In this document: one piece after another, positions 56,617-64,000 of the stretch
Position numbering within the stretch: position 1 is the first letter of the stretch
Layout of the letters: each line of letters begins with the position of its first letter
Assembly: GCA_040218735.1 (NCBI GenBank)
Contig: JAVJQW010000061.1
Coordinates: 224,001 to 288,000, forward strand
Direction of reading: 5' to 3'
Length of the DNA: 64,000 nucleotides
Source: Deltaproteobacteria bacterium
Lineage (GTDB): Bacteria > Myxococcota > Kuafuiibacteriia > Kuafuiibacteriales > Kuafuiibacteriaceae
The notes under the pieces: generated by a model
What the model saw: only the letters and a program-made list of their open reading frames with translations
Database searches by the model: none
Told to the model about the DNA's origin: nothing
Position numbers and translations under genes: made by a program

Positions 56617-58730
56617 GCCCGATCCAGTCCTTCTCACCGAGCGCCATGTCCGCCGAGGTGCTCGAGTCGATCTTCGTCAAGCGGCACGGCCTCGTGTCGA
56701 GGATTCAGGACCAGCTTCGCGAACACGCCGCAGGAAAGTCAGCCTCGAACTTCTTGCTCGTCGGTCCGCGTGGAATCGGAAAGACGCACCTGATCTCTCT
56801 GCTCTGGCACCGGGTCAAAGCTGACGAGGCTTGCGCCGACCTCCGGGTAGCGTGGCTCAAGGAGGACGAGTGGGGCGTTGCGTCGTATGTCGACCTCGTC
56901 GTGCGAATGCTACGCGCGCTGCATCCCGAAGACGACGACTGGCTCGATGCACTGGAGGACGACGCAACCCCTGCCAACGCAACGCGATTGTTGGAGGAGA
57001 TGATCGGCGACCATCGGGTGGTCTTTTTCTTGGAGAACCTCGACCGCCTCCTCGATGGGATCGGCTCGGATGGTCAACATGAGCTCAGGGCATTTGCGGA
57101 GAACACGCCGCAGGCAACATTTGTCGCGACGAGCCCTGCAGCACCGCGCGTGCTCTCATCGCGTCGTCATCCTCTCTTCGGATTCTTCGAGCGAATTAGG
57201 CTCGAACCTCTCTCCTTCGAGGAAGCGTGCGACTTGCTCGTGCGACTCGCACGTCATCATGGAGACGAGGCCCTCGCACGCTTCATCACCACACCGACGG
57301 GGAGATCGCGAGTCCGCGCGGTCGATCACCTCGCTGGGGGGAGTCCACGCGTGTACGTCGTGCTGTCCGAGTTCCTCACGGAAGATGCGCTGGAGCAGCT
57401 CGTCGATAGCTTCATCGAGGCGCTCGATCGACTGACTCCGTATTACCAAGCCAAGATGGAATCGGTCTCGGCCCAGCAGCGGAAGATCATCGAGTTCCTC
57501 GTGGACCGTAAGGGCCGCGTTCGCGTCGCAGAAATCGCGAAGAAGTGTCTGATGAGTCCTCAAGTGACTTCACGCCAACTCAAGTCCCTCAAAGACCTGG
57601 GCCTCGTGACGGTTCAGTCTCGCGGACGCAACTCACTCTATGAGATTGCGGAACCGCTGATGGGTATGTGTCTGGACGTCAAGAGCCAGCGGTCGGAGAG
57701 CGTCGAGCTGGTCGTCGAAATCATCAGGCTCTGGTTCGGCCGGGTCGAACTCTTGACCAAGCTCCAGAACGTCGAGTCAATCCCCGAGGGGCTACGTGCG
57801 CAGCTGATCGAAGCAACGAGGTCGTCGAAACCCAGTGTCGTCGCCGACCACGCAGCGAAGGCAGTTCACGCGGCTTTCAGTGCCGGCGATTTCCCAAGAG
57901 CGCTCGATGAGGCCGCCGAGTTGGTGAGGGTCCGCGGGAACTTGGCTGATCATATTCTACTCGCGACGGCGCATCTCACAACGGGGAGTACTTACGCAAT
58001 TCTCGACGGTCTGGAACGCTCTTTCGATGACCCTCGATGGAACGATGATTTCGCCCCCCCCCATCCAGCCACGTTTGCGGTCATGGCGTATCTGCTCGCC
58101 TACGCAGGCGCCGTTGATGATGCTCGCCGGCTTCTCGATACCGTCCGTCCGGTGGTCGAGGGGCACGTTGAGCGCTTCGTGGAAGTTGGTCTCGCCTATC
58201 TCGTGTCTGCGGAGGAGAGTGCAGACCAAGCTCAACCTGACATGGTGGCACTCGATGATGCCTCCGTCCACGGGCATTGGCTTGCGGTGTTCCTCGCGAC
58301 GGAGAACTACGAAGCCGTCGCCCGCTGGGCCGCCAGCGTTCCTCCCTTCGTCGCGGTGAGCCCGCTGGCGCTCATTCATGCCCGAGGCGGAGACGTAAGG
58401 CCAATTCTCGAGGCAACCGCGAGCCGAGCGTCAGACGTGGAAGAAGCGGCGCGTGTCGGTATCGGACTCCTCCTCGAAAGGTATGTACTGACAACGATGT
58501 TCGGCGCGGACGACAGCCGCACAAAGGCGTGGATCCAGCTGGAGGAAGACGTTCAGTCACGCCACCCCGGTATCATCGTGCAAGGGGTCATCGAGGGCGC
58601 GGTCGAGCGATACGCCGAAACCGGCGACGAGAGCCACCTCGACGGAGTCCCTGAAGTCGTTCGGAAACTCTTCACCGATCAGAAGATGCTGGCTGCCCTC
58701 GGACGGCTCGTCGACCGCGAGGCGCGCTGA
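56613..58730 (+). CDS. STAND-like ATPase + ArsR/MarR-like wHTH + helical (TPR-like) C-terminus
   Basis: Walker A GPRGIGKTH, FFLENLD, GGSPR, VAEIAKKCLMSPQVTSRQLKSLKDLGLV; ATGA overlap. Confidence 0.85.
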   Translation: MSPIQSFSPSAMSAEVLESIFVKRHGLVSRIQDQLREHAAGKSASNFLLVGPRGIGKTHLISLLWHRVKADEACADLRVAWLKEDEWGVASYVDLVVRMLRALHPEDDDWLDALEDDATPANATRLLEEMIGDHRVVFFLENLDRLLDGIGSDGQHELRAFAENTPQATFVATSPAAPRVLSSRRHPLFGFFERIRLEPLSFEEACDLLVRLARHHGDEALARFITTPTGRSRVRAVDHLAGGSPRVYVVLSEFLTEDALEQLVDSFIEALDRLTPYYQAKMESVSAQQRKIIEFLVDRKGRVRVAEIAKKCLMSPQVTSRQLKSLKDLGLVTVQSRGRNSLYEIAEPLMGMCLDVKSQRSESVELVVEIIRLWFGRVELLTKLQNVESIPEGLRAQLIEATRSSKPSVVADHAAKAVHAAFSAGDFPRALDEAAELVRVRGNLADHILLATAHLTTGSTYAILDGLERSFDDPRWNDDFAPPHPATFAVMAYLLAYAGAVDDARRLLDTVRPVVEGHVERFVEVGLAYLVSAEESADQAQPDMVALDDASVHGHWLAVFLATENYEAVARWAASVPPFVAVSPLALIHARGGDVRPILEATASRASDVEEAARVGIGLLLERYVLTTMFGADDSRTKAWIQLEEDVQSRHPGIIVQGVIEGAVERYAETGDESHLDGVPEVVRKLFTDQKMLAALGRLVDREAR

Positions 58731-58763
58731 CTTGGCGCCGTCGAACGGCGAAATCTGCCCGCC

Positions 58764-59864
58764 TCAGACCAGCGCTTTGCCGGTGCCTTCGACCAAGCGG
58801 AAGGCGCGGTCGGCGAGGCGCATGTTCACGACCTTGGTGTGGCCGCGGGCGTCGCCGGCGAGCTGCAGCGGCAGCGCGACGGAGCTCTCGATGCGGATGC
58901 CTTCGCAGAGGAAGTCCACGAAGTCCGGCGTCTTGATCGTGCCGTTCCAGAGGCTCGGCAGGTGCGACAAGAGGTAGCTGATCGACGCGTTCGAGATCCG
59001 CATGTGGAAGCGGTCGGTGCGGCGGAGCGCGTAGGGGAGCACCTTGAGGCCGTAGCCGTAGAACGGCGAAGTGCCGACGGCGACGGCGCGGGCCGAGCCC
59101 TCGAAGAGCGTGGTGCCGATATCGAGCGGGATCTCCTCGGAGGTCTCCGGATCGAGGATCGAGCTGCGGCCCGTCGCGATGATGCGGATGTGCGCCCGCT
59201 CCTTGCGGAGCTCCGTCGGGATCGTGCGCGTGCCGATCGCGTAGAAGTACCCGGCGAGGGACTTCGCGAACGAGCGACCGACGCCGGTGCGGGTCGCGTC
59301 GACGAGGTCGACGTAGTCGTTGAGGACCTGGGCGTCGTAACCGACGCTGCCGAACGGGAAGACCCAGCCGCTGTCGACGTCTTCGATGACCCGCAGCGGG
59401 CGCGCCGAGGGGCGCTCGCCGGCGACGAGGCGCATGGCGTCCGAGACCGGTTTGCCGGCGCCGCTCATGTTGGCGAGGCCGTTGCCGGTGCCGAGCTTGA
59501 GGATGCCGAGGTCCGGGAGCGCGTGGCGGTGGCCGGGACGGCTGAGCTTCTCGGCCTCCTGCACGAGCAGGTTGAGCGTGGTGGCGATCGTTCCGTCGCC
59601 GCCGCCGACCAAGAGCGTGTCGTAGCGCTTGGCGAGGATGGAGCGGGTGTGCCGGCGACCGTCTTCGAGCGACTCGCAGAAGAACAGGTCCTCGGAGGGC
59701 ACGAGGCGCGCGAACTGGTCGCGGACCTTGGTGGTGACCTTCTTGGCGTTGGCGTTCAGCAGGACCGCGACGCGGCGCTCCTGCGGTACGACCCGGAGGT
59801 CGGCCCGGCCGAACGCGGGGGCCGGGGTATCGAGGGGACGTAGGCGACTCGGACTCGGAAGCAT
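58764..59864 (-). CDS. Diacylglycerol kinase family lipid kinase
   Basis: LLNANA, GGGDGT, LGTGNGLA, SVGYDA, FYGYG, QLAGD. Confidence 0.9.
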   Translation of the reverse strand: MLPSPSRLRPLDTPAPAFGRADLRVVPQERRVAVLLNANAKKVTTKVRDQFARLVPSEDLFFCESLEDGRRHTRSILAKRYDTLLVGGGDGTIATTLNLLVQEAEKLSRPGHRHALPDLGILKLGTGNGLANMSGAGKPVSDAMRLVAGERPSARPLRVIEDVDSGWVFPFGSVGYDAQVLNDYVDLVDATRTGVGRSFAKSLAGYFYAIGTRTIPTELRKERAHIRIIATGRSSILDPETSEEIPLDIGTTLFEGSARAVAVGTSPFYGYGLKVLPYALRRTDRFHMRISNASISYLLSHLPSLWNGTIKTPDFVDFLCEGIRIESSVALPLQLAGDARGHTKVVNMRLADRAFRLVEGTGKALV

Positions 59865-60056
59865 ATCGTTTTCCCTTCACCTGATGCGTACCGAAGTGCG
59901 CAGAGCGGTGAGCTGGAACCGATAAAAAGCAACCGGTGGGCCAGTGACCGGCGCGTCGAAAAGTGACGCAAAAACGCCACACACCGGTCACCGAGCGGGT
60001 TTCGATCAGGGAATGTCGGTGCGAACGGGCCTACGCAGTGCGTCGACCGGTACGCA

Positions 60057-60330
60057 TCATTCGTACGCCCACTGGGCCGGATCCTCCAGGAATCGCGAAC
60101 GATTTTCGGGATCGCAGAAGTAGAAGTTCCTTGACTCGAACACCACGGACTCGGTCTCGGGCCCGCGCTCACATCGAGCCTTCGTCACCGGATCCGTGAC
60201 GGCCGCACCGAGCGCGAGCGGCGTCGTGTGACCGCCGAGTGTCTTCGGCCGATCCCTCGGGCAGCCCGCCGTCAGGAGGAGGACCGCGACCCCAAGCCCA
60301 CCAAGCCAGGCCCGGGCTCGACGTGCCGGC
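60057..60330 (-). CDS. Small YHS-domain (lipo)protein; start codon unresolved
   Basis: TDPVT...FYFCDPENRSRFLEDPAQW; lipobox-like LLLTAGC. Confidence 0.65.
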
Positions 60331-61075
60331 CGTTCACCGCGAGGCGCAGCATCGCGTGGTAGAGCCGAAAGCCCGACCCCTCCGCCAGCCGGACCGCCGG
60401 CTCGTCGGAGAGGCTGACCCGCAGGGTCGGCGTGAGGCGCAGCGCGAGGAGCTCCTCGACGAGCGCCGTCAGCACCCCCCGCCCGAAGCCGCGGCCCCGC
60501 GCCTCCTCGACCACATAGACGAACACCCGCGCGACGTCCCGCGCGCAGTGCGTCACCGCCGCCACCGCCGTGAGCTGCTGGTTCAGCGACAGCACGTACG
60601 CCGGCGTGTCCTCCGCGAGCTTCGGGAACATCGGCTTGATCACGTGCGGGTCGTCGAGGCGGATGCACTGCTTCACCACCGGGCTCGGGACGAGCCAGTC
60701 CTTCTTCAGCTCGTACCACGCCTCGGCGCCGAGCGGCTGCGCCTTCAGCTGCGCCGCGACCGCACCCGACGCCCAGAACGGGAGCACCATGTCGAGCTCG
60801 CCGCTCTCGGCCGGGAACGCTTCGATCACCTCGGCGAGCTCCGTCATCCGGCGCGCGCGCAGCATCGCGTAGCTGCCGAGCCCCAGCGACTTCTGCCCCC
60901 ACCGCACCACGAGCTGCGCCGGCGGGTCCTCGCCGTCGGGCGCGAAGACGGTCACCAGACCGTCCATCCCCCGGATGTTCTCGTCGAGCGCTTCGAGCGT
61001 GACGATCGGGTCGTCCTCGAGCTGCTTCGCGATGGTGGTCTTGTCGGTGATCTGCGAGACGGACATCAAAGACAC
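60272..61075 (-). CDS. GNAT family N-acetyltransferase
   Basis: VYVVEEARGRGFGRGVL...AVRLAEGSGF. Confidence 0.82.
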   Translation of the reverse strand: MSLMSVSQITDKTTIAKQLEDDPIVTLEALDENIRGMDGLVTVFAPDGEDPPAQLVVRWGQKSLGLGSYAMLRARRMTELAEVIEAFPAESGELDMVLPFWASGAVAAQLKAQPLGAEAWYELKKDWLVPSPVVKQCIRLDDPHVIKPMFPKLAEDTPAYVLSLNQQLTAVAAVTHCARDVARVFVYVVEEARGRGFGRGVLTALVEELLALRLTPTLRVSLSDEPAVRLAEGSGFRLYHAMLRLAVNGRHVEPGPGLVGLGSRSSS

Positions 61076-61533
61076 GCGGGCGGCGGCCCGGACTGGTTCA
61101 CGTCCATCCCGCCGACCTCATCGATGCGCACGGTCGCCTGCGGAAAGGCAACGGTGTGGATCACGCCGGCCCCGCGTTCGACCTCTACGAAGGCCGGGAG
61201 GTTGATCAACGTGCCCGCGTCGTCGACGGGGCCGACCTCGTCGAGGCGCACCAGGCGCAGCCAGAGGATGTTCGTGCAGCGGTCGCCGCTCGTCGCGTCG
61301 GAGATGATCAGCTCGCGCTCGGAGAGCGCCTCGACGTCCACGACCCCGATGACCTCGTACTGGTCCTCACAGAAGCGCTCCGCGAACGCCTTGTCACAAC
61401 CCCCGACCAGCTGCTCCTGAGGCGCGCGCACCTCCAGGCTGATCGGGAGCTCCAACCGGTTGAAGAGCATCGCCTCGTCCGACGACCCACAGGCCGCGGC
61501 GGCGAGGAACAGAACGGGTGCGAACCGACGCAC
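61066..61533 (-). CDS. Hypothetical lipoprotein
   Basis: GTG start, lipobox LAAAACG. Confidence 0.65.
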   Translation of the reverse strand: MRRFAPVLFLAAAACGSSDEAMLFNRLELPISLEVRAPQEQLVGGCDKAFAERFCEDQYEVIGVVDVEALSERELIISDATSGDRCTNILWLRLVRLDEVGPVDDAGTLINLPAFVEVERGAGVIHTVAFPQATVRIDEVGGMDVNQSGPPPACL

Positions 61534-61640
61534 ACCACGATGGTGCGGCCGAACGGCAACGCACCGCAAGTTTCTCGATAGCTGACAGCGGGCAGCGGCG
61601 AGCGCGCTGCCCCGGCGCCCTCGGGCTGCGAGCTGCCAGC

Positions 61641-63251
61641 TCAGCCGAGCGCCGAAAGGTCCGTGGGCTCGGTGGCCGCGCCGAAGTCCACGTCGATCTG
61701 CGCGAGCTGCAGCTTCCCGGCGAGGTCTTCGTTGACGCAGTGCCAGCGCGTGTACGCGTCCAACACCCAGACGCCGGACTCGCGCGTGCCGTTGCCCGAC
61801 CAGCCGTTGCCGCCGAAGGGCAGGTGCGCCTCGGCGCCGCTCGTCGTGTTGTTGATGCTGGTCATGCCCGCGGTGATGCCGTTCTTGAACCGCAGGATCG
61901 CCGACGGGTCCATGGTGTAACACGCCGACGACAGCCCGTAGGGCGTGCCGTTCGCCGCCGCGAGCGCCTCGTCGAAGCCGTCGACCTCGATGATGGAGAT
62001 CGTCGGACCGAACACCTCGGTCTGCGCGATCTTCATGTCCATCGTGACGCCGTCCCAGACCGTCGGGAACACGTAGAACCCGCTCTCCGGATCGCCGACG
62101 AACGACGCCGGCTTGTTCGCGTTCGTGATGCGCCCCTTGTTCGTGGTCAGCATCTTCGCGCCGTCGGCCTCCGCCATCGCGAAGTGCTCCATGAAGCGGT
62201 CGTAGAAGCGCTCCTCGATCAGCGGGCCGTACAGCGCGTCCTCCGTCTGCGTCGGGTCCGCGATGACGATCGACTCCATCCGCTTCAGCAGGCGCTCCTT
62301 GAACTCCGCCGCGATCGGCTTGTCGAGGATCAGGTTGCCGAGCGAGGTGCAACGCTGTCCGCCCGTGCCGAAGCCGGAGAACACGACGCCCTCCACCGCG
62401 AGCTCGAGGTTCGCGTCGCGCAGCACGACCATCGGGTTCTTGCCGCCGAGCTCGAGCGAAGGCACCTGCAGGTTGCGACCGCAGACCTCACCGACGCGGC
62501 GCCCGACCGCCGTCGAGCCCGTGAACGAGACCTTGTTGACCAGGCCGTCGTCGACCGCGTCGAGCACACCCTGCCCCGCCTTCGCGCCCGTGCCGTAGAC
62601 GATGTTCACCACGCCGTCCGGCACACCCGCGTCCTGCATGATCTGACCGAACAGGTGCGCGATGACCGGGGCGTCCTCGGACGGCTTCCAGACGATCGTG
62701 TTGCCGCAGACCAGCGCCGGCAGGATCTTCCAGGACGGCACCGCCATCGGGAAGTTGCCCGCGGTGATCATCGCCGCGACGCCGAGCGGGCGCCGGTACG
62801 TGAACAGCTCCTTGTTCGGCATCTCCGAGTAGACCGTCTGCCCGTACAGCCGACGCCCCTCGCTCTGGAAGAAGTGCGCGGTGTCGATCGCCTCCTGCAC
62901 CTCGCCGCGCGCCTCGCGCATGGTCTTGCCGATCTCGCGGTTCACCACGCGCGACAGCAGCTCCTTGTGCTCGCTGAGCGCTTCGCCGATGCGACCGATG
63001 ATCTCGCCGCGCACCGGCGCAGGCGTCTCGCCCCACTTCTTCTTGATCGCGCCCGCGACGCGGCACGCCTCGGCGACGTCCTCCGCGCCTGACAGCGGAG
63101 CCGTACCGACCACGTCCGCGCGGTTACACGCCGAACGCGCTTCGTACCGCTCGCCGCTCTTGGCTTCGGCGAGGTTGCCGCCGATGAAGTTCTTCACCAC
63201 GACGGTCTTGGGGAAGCCGCCGTTGTCCTGGGTCTGGAGGGTCTTGGCCAT
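61641..63251 (-). CDS. Aldehyde dehydrogenase family protein
   Basis: AGNFP, WKPSE, FTGSTAVG, LELGGKN, GQRCTS, EVFGP, PFGG. Confidence 0.95.
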   Translation of the reverse strand: MAKTLQTQDNGGFPKTVVVKNFIGGNLAEAKSGERYEARSACNRADVVGTAPLSGAEDVAEACRVAGAIKKKWGETPAPVRGEIIGRIGEALSEHKELLSRVVNREIGKTMREARGEVQEAIDTAHFFQSEGRRLYGQTVYSEMPNKELFTYRRPLGVAAMITAGNFPMAVPSWKILPALVCGNTIVWKPSEDAPVIAHLFGQIMQDAGVPDGVVNIVYGTGAKAGQGVLDAVDDGLVNKVSFTGSTAVGRRVGEVCGRNLQVPSLELGGKNPMVVLRDANLELAVEGVVFSGFGTGGQRCTSLGNLILDKPIAAEFKERLLKRMESIVIADPTQTEDALYGPLIEERFYDRFMEHFAMAEADGAKMLTTNKGRITNANKPASFVGDPESGFYVFPTVWDGVTMDMKIAQTEVFGPTISIIEVDGFDEALAAANGTPYGLSSACYTMDPSAILRFKNGITAGMTSINNTTSGAEAHLPFGGNGWSGNGTRESGVWVLDAYTRWHCVNEDLAGKLQLAQIDVDFGAATEPTDLSALG

Positions 63252-63283
63252 GGGCCGCGGTTACCACGGCCCGGCCCGGCGGG

Positions 63284-64000
63284 TCACGACGATTGGACGA
63301 TGAGGTCGTCGGTCCCGGTCTTCTTGGGGGCGTTGTGCTGCTGACGCGCCGCGGCCTGCTTCTCGCGCGCCTCGGCGCGACGCTTCCGCGCCCGACGGCT
63401 CCGCGCGATGGAGCGCTCCGCCACCGGGGGCACCACGATGTCGTACGCTCGCATCTTGCGGTACATCGTCGCGCGCCCGACGCCGAGCATCTCGGCCGCC
63501 CGCGACACACAGCCACCCGTGTTCTTGAGCGCGAACCGGAAGATCTCCGCCTCGTACACGTCGTAGGGCTGCACGAGCCCCTCGTCGTCGAGCGTCGGGT
63601 GCCAGCCCGGCGGCTCCGGCGCGGCCACCGGCGCGGGCGCCGGCTTCGGCGCGGCCATGACCGGCTGCGACGGCGGACGGACGACCGGGCGCGGCTTCGG
63701 CGCCGGCTCGTAGTTCACGGACAGGTCGACGACCACGCCGCCGTTGGCGTCGAAGCACGCGGAGCGACGAATCACCCCGACCAGCTCCGGAATGTTGTTC
63801 TCCCAGTCACGCCCGACGAGGTCCTGCATGACCGCGGGGTCGACCTCCGAGGCCGGCGCACCGACCGCGTGCTGGATGGCGGACACCGCGCGGTAGACCA
63901 GCTCCGGGATGTCCTCGCGACGGTTGCGGAGCGGCGGCACCACAATGGGCGCGCGACCGAGCAGCTGCGCGAGGTCCTCGCGGACCAGACCGGCGGAGAC
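63284..64000 (-). CDS. Sigma-54-interacting Fis-family regulator, C-terminal part (5' end beyond window)
   Basis: VPPLRNRREDIPEL, WENNIPEL (variant of WPGNVREL), VSRAAEMLGVGRATMYRK. Confidence 0.85.
   Translation of the reverse strand, partial: VSAGLVREDLAQLLGRAPIVVPPLRNRREDIPELVYRAVSAIQHAVGAPASEVDPAVMQDLVGRDWENNIPELVGVIRRSACFDANGGVVVDLSVNYEPAPKPRPVVRPPSQPVMAAPKPAPAPVAAPEPPGWHPTLDDEGLVQPYDVYEAEIFRFALKNTGGCVSRAAEMLGVGRATMYRKMRAYDIVVPPVAERSIARSRRARKRRAEAREKQAAARQQHNAPKKTGTDDLIVQSS

Noticed and set aside
59935-60000. Hairpin GTGACCGG...CCGGTCAC upstream of the lipid kinase as a riboswitch
   Set aside because: No recognisable aptamer consensus; short GC stems arise by chance at this composition

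Overview
A very GC-rich bacterial chromosomal window, most likely Myxococcota: it has a MYXO-CTERM sorting signal, three Ser/Thr kinases, an FHA-sigma54 regulator, PEGA proteins and many Cys-rich lipoproteins. About 47 CDSs can be supported. Housekeeping genes include ggt, pepN, trpS, clpS-clpA, an RluA-family pseudouridine synthase, an ALDH and a VKOR-DsbA fusion; there is also a run of peptidases (M36, M14, M2, M1). No rRNA, tRNA, CRISPR array, transposase or integrase was seen. Four things stand out. (1) A ~1 kb non-coding imperfect palindrome (36697-37700) with nested hairpins. (2) Three copies of an ~82-bp CTAG-bounded double-hairpin element that sits on gene stop codons and shows compensatory stem changes. 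(3) A polymorphic toxin (papain-like C/H/D domain + DUF4781-like + EndoU-like) facing a convergent CdiI-like candidate immunity gene. (4) A lower-GC, translationally coupled pair of STAND-like ATPases preceded by three tandem ACGA-N8-TCGT operator boxes, a candidate defence system. All family assignments come from motif recognition by eye; no database searches were run. Many start codons were moved inward from the ORF track.
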